This document shows, in pieces, positions 55,601 to 64,000 of a stretch of 64,000 nucleotides of DNA; positions within the stretch are counted from its first letter, which is position 1, and each line of letters begins with the position of its first letter. Origin of the DNA: a virus (lineage: Duplodnaviria > Caudoviricetes); IMG/VR virus record IMGVR_UViG_3300044972_000310, positions 2,138 through 66,137 of that record; one strand, given 5' to 3'. The notes below the pieces were generated by a model. That model was not told where the DNA came from. It worked only from the letters and a program-made list of their open reading frames with translations, and ran no database searches. The translations under genes were made by a program, and so were the position numbers.

Positions 55601-58600
55601 TTGGTAAGCAATAACTGAAAATTGACGTTCCGTAATAACATCACTAACAGTATATACTCCATTGTATCCAAATGTAGTAACACCGCTAATAGTAACCTGT
55701 GCTCCAACTTGACATCCATGATCAGTATCATCTGTATTAATTGTAATCACACTGCCGATTGTTGTTCCGGTGGAAGTAATAGTTTGAATATCATAACTAG
55801 GTGCAAATAATGCTCCAGTATTATATGTTACTCCTTTACCTGATTGATAACGAATATATTTCTTACTCATACGGATTGCAGTAGCACCGTGTGCTGATCC
55901 GCCAGTACCTAATTGTACGCCACCGTCAAACGGTCTGTGTACAAAGTAGCTGTCTGGACGAGCATACACGTTACCAATTAATGTATTCTGTATAGCACCA
56001 GTTGCTCGAGCAGTATAGCGCAGAGATGTAGTAGTAGGAACTTGCTCAACAAAGTATGCGCCAGCTGCAAATTGTGCATTTGTGCCGCTACTAGTAATCT
56101 GAACAGTAATAGTACTTCCCGGAACAAATCCGTGTGCAGAAGTGAAGTTAACTTCAACAGTTGAGATAGCACCGTATGTAATGTCAGTATTGCCGCTGGC
56201 AATTTCAGAAGTGGTGATTGCATTAAGTGTAACAGCACTAATAAAGTTTTTAGTAGGAGCACTGATAGGAGTACCTACTGTAGATACAGTTTGTATAGCA
56301 CCGCCAGCTGATACTGATAAAATGTTTATACTTGCTTGTTCACTTACTGAGCTAACTGTAAATCGACCGTTGGTTCCGGACCCACCAATAGTAATAATAT
56401 CACTGAGAGAATAAGCAGATCCCTGTGAGCTAATGTCAAATGACAACACACGCCCGTCAGTGACTGTAAGGACTGTAAGAACTGCATTGTTTCCGCCGCC
56501 GGTAACACTAACTGTATTGCCAGCACTATACCCGCCGCCTGCTGTAGCTATTCCAGCAGCTATAATTGTGCCGGGAACTATATTAGCAGTTCCAGTACCG
56601 CTGCCAACTCCAGTAACGGTAAATTTAAGTCCGGCGGGTGGTTGAGCAGTAATAGTAGTTGATGTACGTAATTGAGAATTGTTAACCGTATACGTTCCCA
56701 GGCCGCCGGCCCCCGAAACAAACCCGGTAATATATGTTCCCGGAGTAATACTACCCCCAGTAATATATGTACCATTTGCTAGGCTACCCGAAGAAACTGC
56801 TGTTATATCAAGAATAGTTCCGGCGCTGCCTGAACCGTTACTGATAGTACCGGTAAACTGGCCTAGAGCAAGGCCGCCAATTGCTACCCAATCTGTTGTG
56901 CCGTTAGTTACGATTTGATAAGAACGCCCTATTATAAAATTACCTGCTGTAGTAGTGTTAGCAGTAGCGGTTCCGGTACCACTGCCGACTCCGGTAGCAG
57001 TAAATGTTGTTCCAACAGTATTGTTTGGCGACCCGATTAGGGTAAAGTCAGTAGTACCTATTGAGACAATATTATAAGATTGATTAATAATAAAATTTCC
57101 AGCAACTGTAGGAGTTTCCGGCAACGCAACACTTATACCAACCGTTAGGCCAATGCCTGAACCAGTTAATGCAGTAGTATTAGCTAGACCGTTAGTGTAT
57201 CCAGATCCACCGTTGGTAACTGCTAATGCGCCATTTGGCACTCCGATAGTATCGGCAACAATGTCAACAGTTAATCCGGTGCCGGTGCCGCCTGTTGTTG
57301 CTATATTATATCCAGTTGTATATCCAGTCCCACTTGATGTTAATATACTTGTACCTATTACTTTACCTACAACAATTGGTATGGTAATAGTATTACCTAC
57401 AACATAACCAGATCCTGCACTGTTAATTGCAACAGCAGTTACAACCCCGCCTGACACCGTAGTATCAACTGTAAGGCCAGTACCGGCAGGTGCAGTGGTC
57501 GCAACATCAGTAGATGCATTATATCCTTTCCCTCCAACTAGTGTAGTATTATCTAAACTTGCTACTGTATTTTTTACACTAGCTGCTGTAACTGTAATAG
57601 TTGCAGTATTTGCAGGTGCTGTTCCCCCAAGATTTGTACCTGCAATTGTTATAGTATCAGTAGCAGTATATCCAGTTCCTGGTGTTGTGACTGTGGTTAG
57701 ATAGGTGCTTCCAGAACGTGACACTATAAATTCACCGTTAATTCCCGTTCCTGACGTTGACGTTTGTGACAACCCTGAATATGATTGATTAGTGCCCAGA
57801 ATGGCGCTAGTTAATGCTCCTCCCAAACTTACAGTATTGCCAGTTACATCAGTAACATTAACGGCATATCCGTTGCCGCGATCAAACACTAATCCTGAAC
57901 TAATACCGGTAGTATCGTTAACTATGATGACAGTATCTCCAATGGCAGCATTTGTAGTTAAGGTTGTTGATGCTGCTGTCCCGCCTGACCCGGTAACCGC
58001 AGTAACTTGGGTACCGGTAGTAACACCAGTACCAGCTAGCGGAGATCCAATTGGCGGTGCTGTACCGGTGAAGCCAATAATATCAACGCCAGCAGGAGTT
58101 ATCAAACTAGTAGTAATATTGCCGCTAGATCCGGCAGAGAAAATGTTAAATGCTGGAGTTCCTACTGAAGAGCCTGTATAAAATGCACCTTTTCGTAGTT
58201 GAGTATAAGTAGAACTTAACTGCTGGCCGTTTGTTGTTCCGACTTTTGATTTAGCATAATATTTAAATGTTACAAGATCCGTAACTTCGGCAATTAAAAA
58301 ACTACCTTCTGCACGGCTAAATCCAGTAACTGAGTTTGCCAGTGCTTTAATTGTAATAGGATCACTTACTACTAACCCATGAGAGTTTAATGTGGTAACA
58401 GTTATTAAACTTGAGCCAGACGCTCCGCTGCCACTACTTGCATCTGTTACCACATTAACTACTGCAATGTCAGATCCTGGGATTTCGTACACTGACGGAT
58501 AATTTCTCATCAATCCAATTGCTTGCCATTTAGTTGGCTGTAGTCCGTACTCAAAGTCAGCATCAAGCATACTTTGTGGAATACCAACTTTTTGACGCTC

Positions 58601-59437
58601 CATAGCATCAGTAGCAATACTGTTAAATCTAACGATTTGTTCTTTACCTTCTACAAATAACTGAATAGCATCAGTTACCATCATAGCACTAGTATCAATA
58701 TCAAATATCAATGTGGTAATTTTTTCATTGCCGTAGAGTGCGCCTGCAAAATCACTATCAAAATTTTCACTATAGGTTAAATCTGCACCCAATGTTGCGT
58801 CTGCAAAGTTATAAAGAATAACGTTACGAGTTGCATTAGTTATTAACAGAATATCTTTAAGTTTAAAGAATCCGGGGAATTTAATGTATCCCCTATTAGA
58901 AACTATAGCTGGTAAACTAACTAAGCCGTTAGTTATAACATTAATAATTGTATTGGTCAAATCTGACAATTTTGTAGCACCGGCTGGCTCAGCAGTATAT
59001 GCATTGTTAATAACTTGAGTTACTATGCTTTGTCTAAATCCAAATGCAACATTTGTTAGAATAAAATTCTGTATTAGATCTCCAATAAATGTATGTACAT
59101 ATACTTCAGGCTGACGTGATCCATCAATTTGAGGAATACCATTTTCAAAATATTTGCTAGCATTATTAACAGTTTGTCTGTTGCCACCTTTACGAAGATC
59201 GCTAATATATCCTTCTAAAATATAACTGACATCTCGTCGACATTTTTCAGCGTTATAAGAGTAGTAAATAAAAGGATAGATGTTGTTGTCAATATTGTAT
59301 TGAATATATGCAATTGCTTCTTCTTGAATAAACTTTTTGTTTAATTCTAAAAGTGCATGAGTGTTGGGATATAAATTTACGTCCGGAACTACTACACCCG
59401 GTACAAACTTATAAGTTGAAATCTGCTTCTTTGCCAT
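52673..59437 (-). CDS. 2254-aa virion structural/fibre-like protein
   Basis: KCRRD..Y module, DADFEYGLQPTKW, RYQSGKG, Gly/Thr repeats, W.E.QA end. Confidence 0.75.
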   Translation of the reverse strand: MAKKQISTYKFVPGVVVPDVNLYPNTHALLELNKKFIQEEAIAYIQYNIDNNIYPFIYYSYNAEKCRRDVSYILEGYISDLRKGGNRQTVNNASKYFENGIPQIDGSRQPEVYVHTFIGDLIQNFILTNVAFGFRQSIVTQVINNAYTAEPAGATKLSDLTNTIINVITNGLVSLPAIVSNRGYIKFPGFFKLKDILLITNATRNVILYNFADATLGADLTYSENFDSDFAGALYGNEKITTLIFDIDTSAMMVTDAIQLFVEGKEQIVRFNSIATDAMERQKVGIPQSMLDADFEYGLQPTKWQAIGLMRNYPSVYEIPGSDIAVVNVVTDASSGSGASGSSLITVTTLNSHGLVVSDPITIKALANSVTGFSRAEGSFLIAEVTDLVTFKYYAKSKVGTTNGQQLSSTYTQLRKGAFYTGSSVGTPAFNIFSAGSSGNITTSLITPAGVDIIGFTGTAPPIGSPLAGTGVTTGTQVTAVTGSGGTAASTTLTTNAAIGDTVIIVNDTTGISSGLVFDRGNGYAVNVTDVTGNTVSLGGALTSAILGTNQSYSGLSQTSTSGTGINGEFIVSRSGSTYLTTVTTPGTGYTATDTITIAGTNLGGTAPANTATITVTAASVKNTVASLDNTTLVGGKGYNASTDVATTAPAGTGLTVDTTVSGGVVTAVAINSAGSGYVVGNTITIPIVVGKVIGTSILTSSGTGYTTGYNIATTGGTGTGLTVDIVADTIGVPNGALAVTNGGSGYTNGLANTTALTGSGIGLTVGISVALPETPTVAGNFIINQSYNIVSIGTTDFTLIGSPNNTVGTTFTATGVGSGTGTATANTTTAGNFIIGRSYQIVTNGTTDWVAIGGLALGQFTGTISNGSGSAGTILDITAVSSGSLANGTYITGGSITPGTYITGFVSGAGGLGTYTVNNSQLRTSTTITAQPPAGLKFTVTGVGSGTGTANIVPGTIIAAGIATAGGGYSAGNTVSVTGGGNNAVLTVLTVTDGRVLSFDISSQGSAYSLSDIITIGGSGTNGRFTVSSVSEQASINILSVSAGGAIQTVSTVGTPISAPTKNFISAVTLNAITTSEIASGNTDITYGAISTVEVNFTSAHGFVPGSTITVQITSSGTNAQFAAGAYFVEQVPTTTSLRYTARATGAIQNTLIGNVYARPDSYFVHRPFDGGVQLGTGGSAHGATAIRMSKKYIRYQSGKGVTYNTGALFAPSYDIQTITSTGTTIGSVITINTDDTDHGCQVGAQVTISGVTTFGYNGVYTVSDVITERQFSVIAYQTLGSTTPTLNSPCIMTVRQWHGSTVRAGIFDDQNGMFYQYDGRTLAVVRRSSTFQVAGVISVAANSNLVTGTNTRFSQQLTAGDRVVIRGMSHIITQIISDTSLTVAPDFRGVADVSNVKICKTVDLIVPQADWNLDPCNGSGPSGYNIDIGKMQMIGIQHTWYGAGFIDFMLRGADGNYVFAHRFRNSNVNTEAYMRTGNQPVRYEVVNEGAKDVLVSSMTSSQTTIPLQDSYYFPTAGTVIVDAEMIRYTGNTGSALTGCTRGANLTQFVAGAQRTFSGGVAASHSAGSGVVLISNTITPIISHWGSAFMIDGQFDSDRGYIFNYAATGISASVDKNTAFLIRLAPSVSNAQTGDLGERELLNRAQLLLSSIAVTSDPVDSADPFVGNTWSSGGTATSGLYYSNVSNGIKNWYQATSTGTFSSTAPTFTSGTGASGTFGVNLTWAGATPNNNGAIVVEGVLNPINYPTDPTKISWNSLNSSAAGGQPSFAQVASGGSVTWGGNVSTSTATVQGSFTTTLLAKSFAPATTTLTAVSFSAVSRLANAPALSSAQNATYQFAFSTARTDFLIPQATLAAFTTPLAVNDVISVTTFVTSGQRVSSITQNFITIGATTYARIVMTGTANFTSNSNTAVNNISFASSVAATYNTAVSTARTDFLITQTQYGATSAATSDVLSATTFLISGQTISSFTSNFTTIAGVVYARVIMSNFGTATSVAGTGNNVTVTVTSAATARYGSALSTARTDFLIRNDATDRTNIAVGDVLSLATFLTSGQTILSITPSYLTLSSVPYTRIVMSAAANSTSTSGVSNDQSVLTTAAGSGSTYTSLSYLFFTGSTWLASGAIIGTRVASSQTQFPAGTSVNAITTRTFGATTVYRVSFTQASNSAISASATLTFQFGAQYALPGEQVFSFVSNPGGTDSLSLETLKELTSTAIGGRGTFPNGPDVLAINVYKVAGAATPANVILRWGEAQA

Positions 59438-59452
59438 TTATTATTTCCTTGG

Positions 59453-60655
59453 TTAGCTTAATGCTATAGACATTGCAATTGCTCTTGTGTCGACGTATCT
59501 TTTATTTGATGCATGAGCTGGTTGACTTGGGGTTGTTGGAACTGAAATGTTTCCAGCAACTGATAAATTTGTTAAGGTTCCAACTGTAGTTATGCTACTA
59601 GAGCCTGTCCAGGTACTTAATGCGGTGTTTTCAACATTACCTAATCCAACCATAGATTTACTAACACCTCCAACAGTGCCTGTAAAAGTAGGGTCATTGA
59701 TATCTGCTTTAACACTTAATCCGTCATCAACATACGTTTTAACTGCTGATTCCGTAGGAACGTTTAAATTGCTATTAGCTGATAATGCAGAATCGTTTGT
59801 AAATGCTGTTACTTGTACACCTGTACTGAATTCAAGTGACGCAAGATTAGTAATTATACCAGTATCATCAGCATCAAGCTGACCAGTCATAACTAATATG
59901 TCTGTTAACGGGTCGTAGTTTAAAGGGGTAACTCCGCCAAAGATCCCATTATTATTAAATTGAATATTGCCAACGCCGCCACCAGGTGGGTTAGTAGTTC
60001 CGCCGCCACCTCCTCCGGACTGTGCTACCCAAGATAATGCGCCGCCGCCGTTTGTTGATAAAACAAATCCTGCTGTTCCGTCTGCAGCTGGCAATTGATA
60101 TACAGTGTTTACTGTTAAGTTTGCAGGAGATTTAAATGAAATATGATTAGTATTATCTGTATCATTGAACCTAAGCTCGCTAGCTGATCTTACTGTAAGA
60201 GTGGAGCTTGATGAAAATGTGCCTGTAACTGAACTGTTTCCGGTAATAGTTGCTCCGCCTGCTGAAACAGTTAGAGCATTTTCAGCAGTTAGTGTACTGG
60301 TAAAATTACCTGTGCTGCCTACATGCAAAGCACCACCAATACCAGCACCGCCTAACACAATTAATGCACCATTTCCGCTAGTTGAGCTACTAGTTGAGTT
60401 TTGTATGTTCAACGCACCAGTAATTATGCCGCCATTGAATGTACTAGATAACGATAACGGACGCCATATATTGCTAGATCCGTCATAGTATAAAACCTGA
60501 CCATTTGTTGCATTAAAAACATCTACATCAGATAATGTGTCAAGAGTACTTCCTGGGGGTTGTAAATTCCATGCAACGCCGTCCCATACCCAGGTATTTG
60601 AACCTACAGTATGAGTACTGTTAGTAACAGGGGAATTTGGAAAATTAATAGCCAT
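59453..60655 (-). CDS. Tail fibre-like protein
   Basis: MAINFPNSP..W.WDG.AW, LDTLSDV, GALIV.GG.GIGG, VPTESAVKTYVD, NKRYVD. Confidence 0.75.
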   Translation of the reverse strand: MAINFPNSPVTNSTHTVGSNTWVWDGVAWNLQPPGSTLDTLSDVDVFNATNGQVLYYDGSSNIWRPLSLSSTFNGGIITGALNIQNSTSSSTSGNGALIVLGGAGIGGALHVGSTGNFTSTLTAENALTVSAGGATITGNSSVTGTFSSSSTLTVRSASELRFNDTDNTNHISFKSPANLTVNTVYQLPAADGTAGFVLSTNGGGALSWVAQSGGGGGGTTNPPGGGVGNIQFNNNGIFGGVTPLNYDPLTDILVMTGQLDADDTGIITNLASLEFSTGVQVTAFTNDSALSANSNLNVPTESAVKTYVDDGLSVKADINDPTFTGTVGGVSKSMVGLGNVENTALSTWTGSSSITTVGTLTNLSVAGNISVPTTPSQPAHASNKRYVDTRAIAMSIALS

Positions 60656-60684
60656 TTTTAATCTCTTTTTGTATTTATTACATT

Positions 60685-62202
60685 TTAACTAGCTGTAATA
60701 GTAAGGGGTTGACTGCTAGTAAACGGCCATCTTAAATATCTATTAGGGCTTCCCTGTAGGCTAGTTAAATCACTATACCCACCGCCACTATCAACGATTC
60801 TATTAGGAGTAGATCCGGTAGTAGATAACCAACGTATACAATCATCTGCGGTATAATGTCTCCTACTTCCAACAAGACATGCTAGCACTCCCGTAACTTG
60901 GGGAGCAGCCATGCTAGTTCCTTGTATTTTTTTTATATAAAAATTAACATTGTCAGGATGAGCAACTGCTCCGCTGCCTAAAGTAGCTGTTAACGGCATG
61001 GCACTTTGTACAGCTTCACCAGGTGCATACACAGTGATTCCGGGACCGCATGTACTAAATGCAGACTTGTTTTCTGTAAGAGCAGCTCGAATAGCACCTA
61101 CTGAAATTACACTAGTAGGGCCATTAGGAGTTGAGCCTCTATGGTAATATCTAATATCTGCCCCAGATGTTGTATAATAATTGTTGTAATCTAACCCACC
61201 TAGTACATCTTGTTTGTGTGTATCATTGCCGGCAGCTGCAACTAGGATCATACCTGCATCTATACACGCAGTAATATCTGCATCAACACTGCTAACTCGA
61301 ATGGGATGAGTATACACGCCTGCATTAAGATTATAAACACTTTCAATCATACCGTAAGCACTTTGTGCAGTAACAGCAGTCCACGGAGTTCCTCTATAAT
61401 TACCACCTACTATATTTTGATAAGTTTGATAATAACCCCAACTCATGTTTACTACAGTAGGATTAGTATTAGTTTTTAAATTGTGCCAAAGTCTCATCAT
61501 GTTAAAACTTGCACTGATTCCAAATGCGTCAATGTCAAAAATTTTAATAGCATATAAGTTTGCAGCTCTTGCCCAGCCAAATCTACGCCCTGCGGCTGTC
61601 CCTGCACAATGAGTACCGTGCCCGTAGGTATCAGTATAGTGAGCTGGTCCTTGTGAATATGTCCCGGATAGTCCTGATGCTGCGGGCCAATTAATTTGCT
61701 GTAGTCTTAACGTAGTGCCGTCTTGAGCTAGCCATTCAGGATGTCCGACCTCAATACCCGAATCTTGAATAACAACGTCAACATTCTCTCCTATAGCAGT
61801 ATAGGCATGTTGATAGTTGAGATTTAACGTTGAAAACGGATTAACAGTATTTGTACATGAAGGTATTGACCATGCATAATGACTGTTATTTTGTGCAGTA
61901 GATCTACTGTAATTCCTAAAAGCATCTAATGTATTTCTTCGAAGGAAAATACCGTTTTCTTCTTTAGAACCATATCGAACATCGATAATCCTTGGATCTT
62001 GTTTTAACATTTCAGCTTCTGCTCGTGTTAATACAACATCAAAGTTGTAAAGACTATCTTGTTTTTCGTTCCACATCTCAACAGTTCTCTGTGGAATATG
62101 AGGTGTTGTTCCTCCTGATGAAGTTATTTCTTCCATTAAGGCGTCAACATCAACACCTTTGTGAACTGTGACTACGCAACGATTTTGATCTTCTGTACTC
62201 AT
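60685..62202 (-). CDS. Subtilisin-like S8 serine protease
   Basis: VVIQDSG, GHGTHCAG, AAGN, GTSMAAP; start reassigned to ATG 62202. Confidence 0.9.
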   Translation of the reverse strand: MSTEDQNRCVVTVHKGVDVDALMEEITSSGGTTPHIPQRTVEMWNEKQDSLYNFDVVLTRAEAEMLKQDPRIIDVRYGSKEENGIFLRRNTLDAFRNYSRSTAQNNSHYAWSIPSCTNTVNPFSTLNLNYQHAYTAIGENVDVVIQDSGIEVGHPEWLAQDGTTLRLQQINWPAASGLSGTYSQGPAHYTDTYGHGTHCAGTAAGRRFGWARAANLYAIKIFDIDAFGISASFNMMRLWHNLKTNTNPTVVNMSWGYYQTYQNIVGGNYRGTPWTAVTAQSAYGMIESVYNLNAGVYTHPIRVSSVDADITACIDAGMILVAAAGNDTHKQDVLGGLDYNNYYTTSGADIRYYHRGSTPNGPTSVISVGAIRAALTENKSAFSTCGPGITVYAPGEAVQSAMPLTATLGSGAVAHPDNVNFYIKKIQGTSMAAPQVTGVLACLVGSRRHYTADDCIRWLSTTGSTPNRIVDSGGGYSDLTSLQGSPNRYLRWPFTSSQPLTITAS

Positions 62203-63437
62203 TATGAATATAAAGGTATGTAGCGAACATTTGACCCAACTGTAAGCTGTAACCATCCTGTAGGTGAAGCTGTATTTGACGGTGTGCCGGTAGTTGAAGC
62301 TATTGTCATAGTACCAGTTATATCTAAATCACCGTTTAAAATCAACGTTCCTAAGTTATTACCTGTGGTAAAAATAAAATCACCCGCACTAGTGTATGTA
62401 GGAGTACCTACCCCATTGCTAGTTAATGTTGATGCTATTACACTATCGAACACTACAGCGTCCGTAGTGTTCAAAGATTGATTAAATCCAGAAGCAACGG
62501 TAATAGTATCTGTTGCTGCATTTGTTGTTAAGGTAATGCCCGTTCCAGCAACTAGAGTTAATATATCTGTACTACTATCTGCAACAACGTTAGTTTGTCC
62601 TGCAACAGAAATTGTAGCAAAAGAATTTGGAATGCCGCTATTGGTGAAAGTTATTGTATCTGATCCAGGAACAGTTGTTATTGTAATACCTGTTCCGCCG
62701 ACAAATGTTAAGATGTCTGTTATAGAATCTGCAACAACGTCTGATTGGCCAGCTACTGAGATTGTAGAAAAAGAATTACTGCCACTAGTTATAGTACCTG
62801 GCCTCCAATTACTAGCTGCGCTGTTCCATACTAATGATTGGCCGTTAGTTGGAGCAGCTGTTGCAGTGTCAACATCTGAAAGATCGTTGATTGAAGTAGC
62901 TCCACCGATAGTTGTGCCACCTACAGTTGATCCAGCAGGAAGGTCGATAACACTACCTGTAGAACTGATAGTAGCACTGCCTAGATAAATGGTGCTACTT
63001 AGTCGTAAGTCTCTCCATCTTTTATTGTCATTTCCTAAATCAATTGCTCCGCTTAAATTAGGCAGTAGTGATGCATTAATTGCTGTTGTTCCTAAATTAG
63101 TAAGTGAAGTGTTTGCTCCATTAGTAGTGCCCGAGTCAAGGAGACCTGCAGGAACTATAGGTGTTACCCACTGATTACTATTAATATCTTGGTAGTAAAT
63201 GTAAAGACTACCGTTCGCTGAATTAAACCAGAGACTACCTTGGTTAGGAGTATCTGGCGGAGTATCCGCTACAGTCACGCTGGCATTTAGTAGTGTACCA
63301 CCTAAAATTGTACCGTCAAAAATTCGTAAAGATTTCGAAGTACTATCGTAGAAGATTTCCCCTCTGTTCCCGCTGAGTCTATCTAATTCTGCTTTTGGTT
63401 TTGGCAATAATCTTAGTGATCTTACTGGTAATGACAT
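62202..63437 (-). CDS. Tail fibre-like protein
   Basis: GEIFYD...LRIFDG, QGSLWFNS, DLG...RW, LSDVD, VAGQ..VVADS repeats. Confidence 0.75.
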   Translation of the reverse strand: MSLPVRSLRLLPKPKAELDRLSGNRGEIFYDSTSKSLRIFDGTILGGTLLNASVTVADTPPDTPNQGSLWFNSANGSLYIYYQDINSNQWVTPIVPAGLLDSGTTNGANTSLTNLGTTAINASLLPNLSGAIDLGNDNKRWRDLRLSSTIYLGSATISSTGSVIDLPAGSTVGGTTIGGATSINDLSDVDTATAAPTNGQSLVWNSAASNWRPGTITSGSNSFSTISVAGQSDVVADSITDILTFVGGTGITITTVPGSDTITFTNSGIPNSFATISVAGQTNVVADSSTDILTLVAGTGITLTTNAATDTITVASGFNQSLNTTDAVVFDSVIASTLTSNGVGTPTYTSAGDFIFTTGNNLGTLILNGDLDITGTMTIASTTGTPSNTASPTGWLQLTVGSNVRYIPLYS

Positions 63438-63519
63438 ATTATTATCTCGCTATCCTGTATTTAGCTTATTAGCGGGCAGTGTAATGGCGGTAATAAACCA
63501 AAGAGTCCAATCAAAAAGA

Positions 63520-63548
63520 ATGACCAAAATTGGCTAAGAGTGTATAAT
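63520..63548 (+). promoter_or_regulatory. sigma70-type promoter facing the non-coding region
   Basis: ATGACC-17 nt-TATAAT. Confidence 0.55.
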
Positions 63549-63554
63549 AGCTTA

Positions 63555-63980
63555 TTAAAGGCACACAGGCTCCAGGCAAATCAGCGTGACAAAAGGCGTA
63601 GCAGCGCCAGCTATATTCTGCCGGGCAAGGTTCTGATGTGTGACCCAATACCCCGCCGCTTCGCGCCGGCATCTTCTATTCACTACCCGAAAGGATGCTT
63701 AAATGTCTCGCCACTGTGAGAAACGTTTGAATAGTCGTAACAGTTGCAGATTTCCAATACGCTCATAAGAACAATGGCACCGAGGTTCTTTTAAAAATCG
63801 TAGAGAGTGGGGTAAGGTACAGAGCCCAGAAGCGTGGACAATCCAAATACTCTCTGCTAACGTGTGGCCTTGCGACTCAACAAACATGTAACGGCGCTCA
63901 TTATATGGGTGCCGTATGACCACATTGATCTAACAAAACTTAAAGAAAGAAAAATAATGCGATCGCAAGTGAGCATTGGT
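63555..63980 (+). ncRNA. Candidate large structured non-coding RNA (family not recognised)
   Basis: No + strand ORF in the track; dense nested helices and a loop-distal pairing; boundaries approximate. Confidence 0.55.
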
Positions 63981-64000
63981 CTTTAGACCTTTATTGATTT

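Noticed and set aside
52776-63174. Many + strand Val/Pro-rich ORFs opposite the fibre genes
   Set aside because: Antisense shadows of Thr/Gly-rich codons
63699-63923. 74-aa minus-strand ORF in the track
   Set aside because: No RBS or recognisable motif; it lies antisense to the structured region
1-64000. Alternative genetic code, as seen in some large phages
   Set aside because: Long genes are intact in the standard code, and TAG and TGA end genes at sensible, coupled positions
1-64000. Bacterial chromosome origin suggested by dnaK, iscU/iscA, hemA, csgG and rpsU
   Set aside because: These genes lack their usual operon partners and are interleaved with PAAR, fibre and late-promoter phage genes

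Overview
This 64 kb window is a gene-dense stretch in the standard genetic code from a large lytic tailed phage (jumbo, T4-like myovirus style). The evidence is a recurring TAAATA late-promoter motif, a PAAR spike, several tail-fibre-like proteins, class Ia nrdA/nrdB/glutaredoxin, and many host-like auxiliary genes: rpsU/bS21, dnaK, hsp20, clpS, iscU/iscA, hemA-type ALA synthase, heme oxygenase plus PcyX, and yqgE. The host is probably proteobacterial, possibly a betaproteobacterium (inference). No capsid, portal or terminase gene, CRISPR array, true tRNA or transposase is recognisable. The main findings are: (1) a circularly permuted two-piece tmRNA with a 27-aa tag frame and an RBS-led Cys/His ORF inside its intervening segment; (2) a curli-like export and signalling locus (CsgF, CsgG, curlin, FecR, curlin/discoidin, CHASE2 adenylate cyclase), with a CRP-family palindrome at -41.5 of the nearby DUF4214 gene; (3) two C-A9-G (A_AAA_AAG) sites with open -1 frames, which are candidate programmed frameshifts; (4) a promoter-led, densely base-paired non-coding region of about 400 nt at the right end; (5) putative head-packaged proteins with a shared N-terminal motif, including three nucleotidyltransferase-fold enzymes; (6) several repeated cis-regulatory structures. 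All assignments come from reading motifs by eye; no searches were run.
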